Below are positions 24,857 through 35,838 of a stretch of DNA of 64,000 nucleotides, one piece after another; the stretch's first letter is position 1; each line of letters begins with the position of its first letter. A program made the translations under genes and the position numbers. A model generated the notes under the pieces. It saw only the letters and a list, made by a program, of their open reading frames with translations, was not told the origin of the DNA and did no database searches. The DNA is from Blepharisma stoltei ATCC 30299. Lineage: Eukaryota; Protista; Ciliophora. Where the stretch lies: assembly GCA_965603825.1 (NCBI GenBank), contig CBFDEM010000012.1, forward strand, positions 784,073 to 848,072, read 5' to 3'.

Positions 24857-27800
24857 TTAGTTAAAGATTAAGAATAATCCTGCGATCGCACCTAAGACCA
24901 TAGCGCTGTCGTCGTCTGGAGTGGTGGTCTTGATTGTTACCATGGCCAATGAAGCAGTTGATGAATAATCGATGCAAGTTGGCCAGAGTGGATAGCTATT
25001 GCAAGCAGTGAAATAGCAGTAATAGGTAGTGCCACCGGTTAAGCCTGATACTGTCAAAGTAGTGCTAGTGCTGGCTGTGCTGTTATTAGTAGCTGCATAA
25101 GCAATTTCTGAATTACCATCTAATCCATCGATAACTTGCCAAGCATAAACGTTCTTTCCTGAAATGACGCTTTCTGTGCAAGATACATGAACAGTTCCAG
25201 CTACTGTCGAGGTAGCAGTGAATGCAGCTGATGTTTCTCCAACCGTGCTATAAGCAGGGGCAGTAGCCCAAGTTGGGGTGGTTGCTGAGGCAGCTGTTCC
25301 TGAGGTCAAGGTTGGGGAAGTTCCAACAAGAGTGGTCAAATCTGAGGAAAGTTGAGTTTGGTCAATATTAGCAATAATGTTGGCTGGGGTGTATGACTTG
25401 CTTCTGTCATAAAGAACATTGTAAGTAAATGTGGTTGTTGAGTCAGCAAGGAATCTGGAGGTAGGTCCGTTATAAGATTGAAGAGTGAGCCAAGCTGGGT
25501 TAATGCCCATATTCTTAGCTAGGCTTAATTTAATGTTATCTCCACTGGTTTGGGCAACGCTTCCTGAGAATTGGACAGAGTATGTTGATACTGAAGGAAG
25601 AGAAGAGGTAGAGAAGCTAATAGTGACAGGAGTAGTGTTGTTAGTAACTTCATTGACTGCATAACCAGTAAAGGTGTAATCAGTCCCTCCCATAAGCCAG
25701 TTCAAGTCAATTGAAGCAGAAGTACCGCTGTAAATAACTTGAGAAGAGGTCCAAGGAGAAGCGCAGTGCTCTTTATGCTGTCTTCTGAAGAAGGATTGAA
25801 TATCAGTGTCACCTTTGGTGTAATCAGGGGCTGTTTCAGTGGCTGAGTAGTCAGAGTCTAATTGCTCTTGAAGATAGTAAGTTCCTGAGCCCTTAGAAAT
25901 AAGATCTGCAGTCATTGAAATGAGTTCTGAGAAGGTAGGGACTACAGATCCTTTGCAAGAAAGACTCCAATAAAGAACAATGTTTTGTGAGCAAGTTGCA
26001 GTGACAACTACTTGGTTGACGCTCTTAACACTTGAAGATAAATTTACTGTTGCTGCAGTAGCAGTGCTTGAAGAGGTTGAAACAGTAACTGATTTTGCAG
26101 ATGGTTGAGTAAAGGCAGCTGCATCAGTTCCAGTGAGGGTGAATGAAAGGGATGGTGAAGCAGTGGTGTATGAGCTAGAAACAATGAGTTGGAAGTATAA
26201 GACATTGACATCTTGCTTGAATGTAAGTGATGTTGGATTAATTGATATGGCTGTGGTGGTGGTTCCGAATGATGGAGTCACAGTTAAGTCGGAGGCTGGA
26301 GCGTTTGAAAGAGTCATTGCAATTGGGATGCTCTTGGTTCCAATGTTAATGGTTGGAATAGTGGCAATGCTAATAGTTGCAGCTGAGATTTGGCAGACTT
26401 CGACCATGATGCTCAATGGAGTGCTGTATATGGCAGATAGACCAGTTTGTGGAACTTCGGTGATTGCCCAGTCAATATAATAAATACCTACTGCAGTTCC
26501 AGTAAGAGCTGCAACTCTGAAATTCAAACTTGGGTACATTTGATAAATCATCCAGCTATAGTGGGCTGAAGTGTATTTAAGGTTTCCACTGTCTGCATAG
26601 TTGACGTTTGAGCTTGGGGTTAGTTTAACTGATCTAGAAGCAAGTGGCCAGGCGTCGTCTAATTTGACGGTGATATCGCTAGTTTGGGTTCCTGGGGCAA
26701 CTTGGATTTTTCCGCTCATGTTTGCAGGGTTATAAGAGCCAACTTTTGTTGAAGTAGTGCTTAAAGCGAAGCCTAGATAGGCTGAGTTAAGAATTCCATA
26801 GCTCTTATATGAAATTGCAGTATTGGTAGTGCTGGTTATAGCTAGACCAAACCTGCTTGTCCAATATGAATAGTCACCATAAGGTGATGTATACACATTG
26901 TCCCACCATTTATCAGTGCTTGGTCTGTCAAGCCCCCATTGAGGGTTGTTTATTGAAGACAAAGCAATTTGAATTTTTGAAGTAGTAGCGAAAGTTTGGC
27001 TTGTTCCACTGGGAAGAGCCATAGTAATTTGCTGTCCACTGACTGCACAAGATGTTACTGAAATCCATGATAAAGCTTTAGTGTGGTCAGTTCCTGTACC
27101 GTTAGACTCATCATAGTAAGAAGTACTGCAAGATGCTGATGCGCTGCTTCCAATGTATAATTGAAGATTGAACTGTTCTGGGAAGGTAATTACAATCTTG
27201 TTATCGTTTGTATAGGTGCCTGAAGGAACGTAGAAGTCAAAGGTATACTTGGCTGAGGCGGAAAGCTGAGTGGAGTCTGTCATAACATCTTTCAAGGTGA
27301 TTGAGCTTGGAGAAACTGCAGTTGTAGTAACACTAGTGGTTGATGTTATGAAAGCTTTTACAGTTCCATCTGATTTATAGTGATAGATGTTGAAATAACC
27401 TGTTGAGCCTGCTGTTGGGTTTCTTACACCTTGGACAGTAAGGTCGATGGAAGATGAAGCAGTTGCTGTCTTTGAAAGACCGCTGACAAGAAGATACCAA
27501 TGGTCTGCAGTGCATGAAACGCTGCCAAGAGCAGTTGAGCTGCAACCTAAGTACCAAGTGCTTGGTAAACAATCAGAGTAAGTGTTTGTGGCATCTCCGA
27601 TATAAGCGTCAAATCCTCTTGGGAATTGTACTACAAAGTAGTCTCCGCTTGCAATAGCTGCGGCGCTGGAGAATGAAAATACATAAGTGCCAGCTTCACC
27701 AGCATTGGTAATGTCACTGATTTTAATAGATGTAATAGTAATAGCTGTGCTGACTGCAGCCCCAACAGTGAATGGAGTTCCTGTAGAATCAGTTGTAATT

Positions 27801-30800
27801 GTTACGCTATTCCAAGATGTTGTGATTTGCCAGCCTGATGTTGTTGCTCCTGCTGTTGAAGGTAAAGTTAAAGCGGCATCAAGATAAATTTGAACTGTGG
27901 TAGAAGCTGGAAGACTATTTGTAATAGCTAGTTCCACTTTTGAGCTTGTTATTGAGCAAGATGTATAGTCAATATTTGCCCAGCAATAGTCTTTGATAGA
28001 TCCAGATGAACGAGACCATGAAGCAAATCCAGCAGAAATATCAATAAGGCTGCCAGCTGGAAGAGCTTTAGTTAATGAAAATGAAAGATAAATATCTGCT
28101 CCTACAGCTCCAGCAAAATTTGGAAATGCAGTAGCAGTAATTCCAGATGAAGTCCCAGATGTAACAGCGTCGCTAATAACTACATTTTGAGTTAGACTTG
28201 CTCCATAGTCAATATAATTTGATGCTGCATCTTGTGTGGTAACTCCAGTGACACATTGAACAGTGCTAGCTGAGGATGGTGTAAGTACATGAGGAATTGT
28301 GACTGTGATTGTTCCTGCAGTAAAGGCAGCAAATTGGGTAATTGTAACTGAATTTGACCCAACAAGACAGCTGACTTTGGTATTTGAGTCATAATCACTA
28401 AGCCCTGAAACAGTGCAAGAGGACCCATAGTAGGTCCATGAAGAGCTCAAAGTAAGTGTAATTGTTCCACCTTTAGGAATGTTATGAACTGTTGTTACTC
28501 CAATAGTCATTGTGGAATCTACAGAGTCTGGGCCTGATGCAGTTGTGGAAGATGAAGAGCAAGTGGTAGCTGAGCTTGAGATTGCACCTGTGCTAACTGT
28601 ACCAGTGATTGATGTAATATCATTCACAGTGCACGCTGACCCAGGAGTGGCAGAGGATACAAAGAAATTGAATGTGACACTATTTGTTGATGCAGCACTC
28701 GACCCAGAAAATCCTGGTGCGCTTAGCCCAGTTATAGTTATTGCTTCAGCTGTAGTATCATCGAGAACAAAAGCAGTGCTTGCACTGTTAATGCCCATCA
28801 CAAACCCACCTGACATCGAATCAGAACTACTAGAAACATATATATTTGAAGTAGCTGCAATGCTTGCAACAGTGACAGTAGGTGAAGATGCAGTGAACCC
28901 TTTAGGAAGTCCAATACCAATATATTCACCCTGGGTTGTATCGGCTGCAGACTTTGCTCCTGTAATTGATAAGCTGCCAGAACTTGAAATTGACCATGTG
29001 CTTGCAGATGATCCAGCGCTCAATGCAGTTTGAGTGTTAGTAAGAGTCTTCGTGACGGTGCTCTTGTATAAAACATTTTTAAGGGTTGAGTCTGAACTAG
29101 TGGTATAATAAACAGTAGCTACACTAGAAAATGCCGTAACAGGATAGTTTCCTGTTGCTAAAAATAGAGTTATTGCACTTGCTGATGTTGTGACACTTCC
29201 TAAACCTGTAATCTTGAGGGTTGCTGGGGATGTTGTTTGTGATAAAGTAACAGTCAAGCCGCTAGTTGAGGAGTAATATGGAAGAGCGCTACCAGCAGCT
29301 AAGCTCGTACCAAGGCTGGCTCCACTTGTAAATGCAATTTCAAGAACAAAAGTGTTTGTTGAAGAAGTAAAATCAATAGTCATAAGCTCAGCCTTAAAAG
29401 CTACCACAATAGGAATGCCAGAACCCTTATTATTTAAGCATAAAGGTGTTGCATATATATCAGTTCCTGCATAATCTTTAGCAAGCACTGAATAGACTGA
29501 GCTTCCAATTTCAATTGAAGTGCTTGTTGTTGCTTTAGCATAACTTTCGTAAAAAGTACCTAAATTAGAAGCCACGTATGGTAAAGCTGTCGTAGTTCCT
29601 GTGAGAGACATTATATAGTAGGTACTGGAAGGAGCAGTACTAGGGAAGGCTACAGTTATTTGGTTTCCTGATATAGTAAAAGTATTTGTTCCTAAGGCAG
29701 CTAATTGTGTTGCGCTTCCAAGTGTTGTATCTTTTTCATATTTTCCAGGGCTAGATCCAATGTATGGTAGATTGTACACCTGAGTGGTAGACTGTTGGAG
29801 GTTGATTACTATGGAAGTAGATGTAGTCCATGTAACACTATGAGTAAAGATCCAAAATAAGTCAAGGGATGTATCTGCTCCATAAATGTGGTTAGCAGTA
29901 TAAGCTGCACTAGCAGGATAGTTTGTAGCTGCTGTACAGTCTTGATATCCGTGGAATCTGAAAAGTGAAAAAGCAGTATTGGTGCTGCTGAGTGTCCATG
30001 ATGCTAAATTTGTAGAATAGTCAATATTGTAAGATCCATTGCTAGTTGTAATTGATGAAACTTTAGGGCTTGCGCTAAAAGTCACCAATAGAGCTATGCT
30101 AACTGATCCAGCTTTTTGAGCATTTGTAAAAGAAATTGTTACTTGAGTGGCGCTGTTAACTGTGCAAGAGGCTTCAGATATTGGTACTGTCAAGTAGCAT
30201 TGGCCAGCTTGAGAATTTGTGCCATCAAGATCGGACCACCATTTTGGAGTTTGGATATCAACATTTGCGAAAGCGATGACAGCGTTTCCACCTGCAGGTA
30301 TATCGTGAGTAGTTGTAAAGCTTACCTTTGTGAAAATAGTCATTCCTGATACAACATCGTTTGCTGAAATTCCACTAATAGGAGCCCATGTAGCAGTAAC
30401 AGTTCCTTCAGTAGGTGTAGTAGGACCAGTTGATGCAGAGTATTGGGCAATCATGTTTGTGGTTCCCCATCTCCAAATGTTGACTTTCCAAGTGTTAGAG
30501 GATGATGGCTGTTTATATCCTGGATAATTGAAAGAGGTAACGCTGAGCTTAACTGATAAAGAGCTTGAACTTAAGTAAACGTCTTGGGCGAGGCCATAAA
30601 TGTAAACACTATTTGCAACATTCACTGTTGTAGTTGATTGAGGGCCAGCTGAAGCGCTGCTTGAGGTAGCTATGGCACAAGGTAGATTGTTGTCTCCTTG
30701 AGGACCGTAAAGAATATTACTCACTCCTGTTAATGTAACAGATGCACAAGTAACTGATGAAGTTGGTGTATATGCTGTTGGAGGAACAATTTCAATGATA

Positions 30801-31342
30801 TCATATTTCCAAAGACTTTGAGACAAGCTGAAAGCAAAAGAGAGCACATCAGCTGATCCAACTACAGGAGAAGTTGCGGCGTTAGTCACAGAAAGTGTTG
30901 TTGAAGCTGAAACGGAACTTGTAGTAGCGATACAACCGAAAACGTAGTTTGCATCGTAAATTTGTCCGTTTTGTGATGATCTAGTAATAAGAGCAAAAGG
31001 TCCATAAACGCCTGCAGATGAAGGCAAAGTAATAGTAGTTGAGTGGCTGAGAGTCTTGTCTTGATTTTGACCAAAGCTTCCTGGAATGTATAGAGGACCT
31101 CCAGTTAGACCACTTGGGAGATCTACTTCAAGAACACCGTTAGTAAGAGCAGTGCTGGTTCTGAAGTTGAATGTAATTGTAACAGCTGATCCTGCGTTAG
31201 TTTGAGATATTTGAATTGGGCTGTTGACCCATGTCTCTTTTGGCCACATAATTCTGCCAGGATCAAGTGTCGAATCTTTAACCCCAATTGAAACACAAGT
31301 AGCGAGTCCAATAAGAGCTATAAAACTTATGAGACTTTTCAT
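24857..31342 (-). CDS. Giant Ser/Thr-rich cell-surface glycoprotein, ~2160 aa, with signal peptide and probable GPI anchor
   Basis: Uninterrupted ORF. N-terminus MKSLISFIALIGLATCVS; beta-strand-like S/T/A/V repeats with sparse Cys; FN3-like end (VSGLTGGTTYYCYFTAC); hydrophobic tail DDDSAMVLGAIAGLFLIFN. Confidence 0.9.
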   Translation of the reverse strand: MKSLISFIALIGLATCVSIGVKDSTLDPGRIMWPKETWVNSPIQISQTNAGSAVTITFNFRTSTALTNGVLEVDLPSGLTGGPLYIPGSFGQNQDKTLSHSTTITLPSSAGVYGPFALITRSSQNGQIYDANYVFGCIATTSSVSASTTLSVTNAATSPVVGSADVLSFAFSLSQSLWKYDIIEIVPPTAYTPTSSVTCASVTLTGVSNILYGPQGDNNLPCAIATSSSASAGPQSTTTVNVANSVYIYGLAQDVYLSSSSLSVKLSVTSFNYPGYKQPSSSNTWKVNIWRWGTTNMIAQYSASTGPTTPTEGTVTATWAPISGISANDVVSGMTIFTKVSFTTTHDIPAGGNAVIAFANVDIQTPKWWSDLDGTNSQAGQCYLTVPISEASCTVNSATQVTISFTNAQKAGSVSIALLVTFSASPKVSSITTSNGSYNIDYSTNLASWTLSSTNTAFSLFRFHGYQDCTAATNYPASAAYTANHIYGADTSLDLFWIFTHSVTWTTSTSIVINLQQSTTQVYNLPYIGSSPGKYEKDTTLGSATQLAALGTNTFTISGNQITVAFPSTAPSSTYYIMSLTGTTTALPYVASNLGTFYESYAKATTSTSIEIGSSVYSVLAKDYAGTDIYATPLCLNNKGSGIPIVVAFKAELMTIDFTSSTNTFVLEIAFTSGASLGTSLAAGSALPYYSSTSGLTVTLSQTTSPATLKITGLGSVTTSASAITLFLATGNYPVTAFSSVATVYYTTSSDSTLKNVLYKSTVTKTLTNTQTALSAGSSASTWSISSSGSLSITGAKSAADTTQGEYIGIGLPKGFTASSPTVTVASIAATSNIYVSSSSDSMSGGFVMGINSASTAFVLDDTTAEAITITGLSAPGFSGSSAASTNSVTFNFFVSSATPGSACTVNDITSITGTVSTGAISSSATTCSSSSTTASGPDSVDSTMTIGVTTVHNIPKGGTITLTLSSSWTYYGSSCTVSGLSDYDSNTKVSCLVGSNSVTITQFAAFTAGTITVTIPHVLTPSSASTVQCVTGVTTQDAASNYIDYGASLTQNVVISDAVTSGTSSGITATAFPNFAGAVGADIYLSFSLTKALPAGSLIDISAGFASWSRSSGSIKDYCWANIDYTSCSITSSKVELAITNSLPASTTVQIYLDAALTLPSTAGATTSGWQITTSWNSVTITTDSTGTPFTVGAAVSTAITITSIKISDITNAGEAGTYVFSFSSAAAIASGDYFVVQFPRGFDAYIGDATNTYSDCLPSTWYLGCSSTALGSVSCTADHWYLLVSGLSKTATASSSIDLTVQGVRNPTAGSTGYFNIYHYKSDGTVKAFITSTTSVTTTAVSPSSITLKDVMTDSTQLSASAKYTFDFYVPSGTYTNDNKIVITFPEQFNLQLYIGSSASASCSTSYYDESNGTGTDHTKALSWISVTSCAVSGQQITMALPSGTSQTFATTSKIQIALSSINNPQWGLDRPSTDKWWDNVYTSPYGDYSYWTSRFGLAITSTTNTAISYKSYGILNSAYLGFALSTTSTKVGSYNPANMSGKIQVAPGTQTSDITVKLDDAWPLASRSVKLTPSSNVNYADSGNLKYTSAHYSWMIYQMYPSLNFRVAALTGTAVGIYYIDWAITEVPQTGLSAIYSTPLSIMVEVCQISAATISIATIPTINIGTKSIPIAMTLSNAPASDLTVTPSFGTTTTAISINPTSLTFKQDVNVLYFQLIVSSSYTTASPSLSFTLTGTDAAAFTQPSAKSVTVSTSSSTATAATVNLSSSVKSVNQVVVTATCSQNIVLYWSLSCKGSVVPTFSELISMTADLISKGSGTYYLQEQLDSDYSATETAPDYTKGDTDIQSFFRRQHKEHCASPWTSSQVIYSGTSASIDLNWLMGGTDYTFTGYAVNEVTNNTTPVTISFSTSSLPSVSTYSVQFSGSVAQTSGDNIKLSLAKNMGINPAWLTLQSYNGPTSRFLADSTTTFTYNVLYDRSKSYTPANIIANIDQTQLSSDLTTLVGTSPTLTSGTAASATTPTWATAPAYSTVGETSAAFTATSTVAGTVHVSCTESVISGKNVYAWQVIDGLDGNSEIAYAATNNSTASTSTTLTVSGLTGGTTYYCYFTACNSYPLWPTCIDYSSTASLAMVTIKTTTPDDDSAMVLGAIAGLFLIFN

Positions 31343-33339
31343 TGTACGTGTCAAATCAGCGAGATTTTTTAAATTTTCAAGTGAACTTTTTTAAAAAATT
31401 TTTTTTTTCGATTTTTGTTTTTGCGCGCAATTAGGGAACATTTATTTTTACTATGTAAAGGGACTAAAACTGAGCAGAGTTATAATAATAAAGATGACGA
31501 GTCCAAAAATCAGCTCCGCCGCCTCTTTGAGAGAAGTTAAAGACTAGAAATTGTTATTGGTACTTTTTCGGCAAACATCAGTAAGTAAAGAAGTTATTAA
31601 AGACTGCAAAATCAGAGGTTTTGAATCGTGATCGACTTTGAGATGAAGAATGAAGATGCCTTTGTAGGGATTTCGGAGAACTTTCTAGCACAGAATAGTG
31701 AAGAAAACAATAAAAAACAACATTTTATGGCTTAGAAAGTTGTTATGGCATCTGGGAAGAGGATAATTTTTTGAGTCAAAAATTTGGAAAGCAATATCAT
31801 CAGATTAAGAAGAAATTAAAGAAAATTAAGAAGAAAATTAATGCTCAAGCTAAAATTTTAAGGTTTTATTTGAATATTTTAGCTCAAACCTAAAGAAATC
31901 CAAGTGTTGAATAAAATCAAAATTAGCCTTCGTCGAAATTAATTCAATTAAGATGGAGTCAAAAATTTTTAAAATGTCGCTTCAGTTGACAGAATTCGAA
32001 GAAAGTGAAGGGAAAATGAACTAAAATTTTAAATTATCGATTAAAAAAATTTTGAAAATAAATTAAAATCTAAATTATTGATTAAAACATTTTGAACACA
32101 TATGACAATAAAAATTTTAGTAAGAAGTTGGTTGACAAGTTAAAAAAATATAAAATTTAGAAGAATGAAAAAAGTGAACTTTATAATTTTATTTACTTAA
32201 TCAAGGCTTAAAAGTAAAATAAGTAATTCTTTAGAGTAAAAGTTTATAAATATGGTAGGGTATAGGCAAAAATTTAAAGTCGCCAAAGACCTATAGATGA
32301 TATAATGAGCTGAGATGTTCTAAAGGAATTAAAATAATTCGTTTATTTGTGCTACTTTTATATAATTTTTGATGTTTGCATACAGTATCAAGTAGCAAAC
32401 TTTTCTTAAAATTGGTTCTTTAAGCAAATTAACTCTTTAATGAGTAAGTTGGCTTACTGAGATACAAGATTAATCCAATACTTATTAGAGGCCGCATTTA
32501 ATCCTAATCTCAGAGAAATTTAAAGGTTTTGAATTTTACAAGGACATCAATTAATCTAAGTTTTATCAAAAAGATAGTTTGTAAAGCATGTTTATAATTT
32601 TCAGCTACAGAATATATTTAGAGGTGTTCTAGACATAGAAGTATTGAAATTTGACTTTTTAAAATTAAGCACCCACAATATTACGCTAAAAATCTCCTGC
32701 TTTAAATAGAGAAACACAACCAGAATGAGTTAAACAGTGGAAGCTACTCTTGTGATGAAATAAATCTTAAGAATTAGACAGTTGAGAACAAATGTTTTTC
32801 AGGATGAATATTGATGAAAATAAATACAAAAATGAAATAGCAGGCTATTCATTAATGCGCAAATTGCACAAAAATGATTAGTTTATTTAGCTTTAATCTT
32901 AATTAAATTACTATTCTTTTATAAATTCAGAGATTTATTTTATTTTGTTTAACTAAGACTTTGAGAGTTTCGCTGTTCAACTCAGATTCTTCCACCCCTA
33001 TTATATGAACTGCTTAAAGAGTTGCTAATTTGTATAAATTAAGTTTAAAATATAATCAAAGCTTGCGGCATCATAGATCTTCGACTGTATGCTCTTCAGA
33101 AGCTTATCTGATCGGAGAAAAATACACTAATTTAAGACAGGAATTAAAAATTAAAATGAAAAATGTTCGAAAATATCTTATATTAGATTGGGCATTAATA
33201 TTCAATTTCAATAATCATCTATATATTAATTTATTCATCAAAGATAGAGATCTTTTCTTTATGATTCTTTTGCAGTAAATAGGCAAAATTTCATCGAACT
33301 TTAATATCTGCACTTATGCAAAAACATCAACAATAAAAA

Positions 33340-34005
33340 GTAAACGGATTTCTAATAATATTTTGATTTTGAAGATTTTTAAATTGGGCATTGAGTTGAT
33401 GAAAAATATATATTGAATTTTGATTCAAAATATACTTTAAATCACTTTCGATTTAGTTTTTAATGCGATCGTTCCTTCTTTAATTTCAGTTTCTTTTCCT
33501 TACTCTCTTTTGCAATATGCCCTTCAGTTTTAAATGGTCTTCGTGTTTTAAGGCTTCTTCTTGCTAAAGTTTTTTAACATTTAAATAATATAACCATGAG
33601 CTTTTCTGAGGAAAATGTCAAAAAAATTGGGAAAGTGGCATATGCCTCATATTGGGTAAACTTTTTGTGTCTTTTGTGATAAAAAAAAGGGAATTGTTTC
33701 GAAAATCTTCAATCCAAGGCGATCCAAAACCTTTCCTGGGATATAGAAGGGTCGACTGTCTTGTTTAATTTTTTTGGGTATCAATTCAAGCTCAAGTTTA
33801 CGATTTCAAAGGCGCTTTTGGTGAATCCTTTTCTCTTCGTGGTCATCAAGTGTCTTATCAAGCAAACATATTAATCTCTCCATTTAGGCATGGCCATGCT
33901 TTTTAAGATAATCTATGAGATAGCCAAGAGAAGTGTATTTATACTTTTTGTCTAAATCTTCGAAGGTTCTGGTATTTTTTTCTGTTCCTAATTATTTCTT
34001 TCCAT
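33340..34005 (-). pseudogene. Degraded winged-helix family copy B, closest to 46888-47457
   Basis: DLDKKYKYTSLGYLIDYLKKHGHA*, IRHLMTT, AFEIV...WYPK, YYLN|intron relic 33564-33578|QEEALKH. Carries stops, frameshifts and an internal insert. The 3' end is approximate. Confidence 0.8.
33589..33745. other. TA-bounded IES-like insertion, 153-155 bp
   Basis: Removing it restores DSRPFYYLN, colinear with DGQFNYYLN of the paralog. Ends read TATATCCCAGGA and TATAACCATGA (weak inverted repeat). Confidence 0.6.
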
Positions 34006-34430
34006 TTATAATTTAGCAATCATATTACTCTATGAATTAATTTAAGTGAAAAGAAGTAATTTGAATTATAAATAAATTACTTTTATTTAATAGATTAACA
34101 TTTATATCTTATTTAGCCAAGACCTAGCTCTCTAACTCCTCAAATTATATTCAATTCATTCAGACGATTCAACTGAAGGAACTTTAAGATTACTCTTATT
34201 TTTCTTATTTTTACAAAGCTAATCTTAATCAAATCTTAAACATAAAAATAATTAAATAGGCTAAACTTTTCCACATATAAATCAGAAAATTTTATTACTA
34301 AAAAATGAGTAAAATGTGATAAGCTATTGAGAAATGCATTCGATAAGAAACATTTGAAATTCATAAAACCTTCAAGAATTAGTGTTTATATTTTAGTTAG
34401 CACTGCATAGGTAAATTCTTTATAAATAAA

Positions 34431-35006
34431 ATGATTTCATTAGCAGATCATGAGCAGACCAAAAAATCAGAAATCATCTTCGAAACCCAAGAGGCAACTC
34501 CTTATCCTTTAATTCAAAAATTCAATAACACTATTGAAGGCTCTTTGATAGAATACTTATCGCATCATGGACCCTCATCTTTATCCTCGTTAGAAGAATT
34601 CATTACATCTAAAACAAATATTTTGCGAAATCCAAAAGGCCGAAAATACAGTCAAAATCTCGAAGTTCTAACAATTTCAGCACTAAAATCCTATAATAGA
34701 TTATTTTTCTTAGACGACTCCAACAAATGAAATTTAATTGTAATCAATAAGCAGAATGAAAATCTTATGAATTTCCAGAAAAATCAAATAGAAATTATTG
34801 AGAAACAATTGAAGATAAAATATAATCGAACAAAGAAATGTAAAGAAAAGAGGAAAAAAATTACAAAGACGATTGAAAATAGTCCTTTTGAGTATTTGTC
34901 GAAACTGGAGGAAATACTAGATTTAGGAGACAGCAAAAGCCTAAAGATTATAGAGTTCATAGAAGCCAAATATAAGGATTATCTCAATAATTTGCCTAAA
35001 GAGTAA
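34431..35006 (+). CDS. Winged-helix family copy C
   Basis: KFNNTIEGSLIEYLSHHGPSSLSSLE...LRNPKGRKYSQ; TGA 34728 is the conserved Trp. 15-nt intron at 34740-34754; ends IEAKYKDYLNNLPKE-TAA. Confidence 0.8.
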
Positions 35007-35286
35007 TTATAATAATGCTTGATAATTTTCTTAATGACTGGAAAATATAACGCTTCTCAAAATTCTGAGTGATTATTCTACCATTTTAAAAAATTTATCG
35101 AATAATAGCAAAGATAAACCAACTTTTTATCTAAGCAAAATGGAAATCTGAATTATTACATTTATATTGATATAATTAATTGAGCTTCTCGAATAAAATT
35201 TTTTAATTTCTTCCTAATGAGGTATATTTTAGTCAGAATTTTATCAAAGTTATCCATTTTAGAAGGTGAATAATAAATATATTAAT

Positions 35287-35838
35287 ATGAATTCTGATTC
35301 CTCAGATTCAGCCTACTCCCAGGGCTGTGTCCTACTAGAGGGTTCCTACTATGACCCAATTGGAAAATTCAATTTGACTGCGGAAGGCTGTTTAATTGAA
35401 TTTTTAAAGAGTCAAGAACCTTCAACCTTATTTAATATGGAGCAACACGTGTCCTCTTGTATAGAATTATTACGAGACCCAAAAGGGAAAAAATACGTGC
35501 AAAGTCCAGAGCAGCTCACTAGATCAACCTTAATCAGAAATAAGCAAATTTTCCAAATGGATCAATATGAGAATTGGAAATTGATTGTAAATCATAATTA
35601 GGAACAAAATTTGGAAAGCTTTGTAAATAAGCAAATTCGTATTATCTTAAAATACGCTAAGAAAAATTCAGAGAAAAATAAGGATTTAAGTGAGATTGAG
35701 AAAGATGGTGAAAATTCAGACATATTCAGATGCCTACTTGAGATCGATGAAATCTCAGCCTCTGGAAATGATGAAAGCCAAAATCTCAAAAGACTAATTG
35801 ATGAAGCATATCAGACTCTATTTATAGAGCGTAAATAA
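35287..35838 (+). CDS. Winged-helix family copy D
   Basis: KFNLTAEGCLIEFLKSQ...LRDPKGKKYVQSPEQLTRSTL. A 15-nt intron at 35587-35601 joins the two track ORFs; ends LKRLIDEAYQ. Confidence 0.85.

Noticed and set aside
26133-30527. Plus-strand ORFs overlapping the giant gene, and similar antisense ORFs over IFT144
   Set aside because: They are shadows of biased codon usage on the coding strand with no independent features.
33030-33278. 82-aa ORF, and similar short ORFs at 5393, 36958, 38484 and 44176
   Set aside because: They start at TTG or ATG in AT-rich DNA, have no motifs, and 36958 and 44176 are not conserved between duplicated copies.
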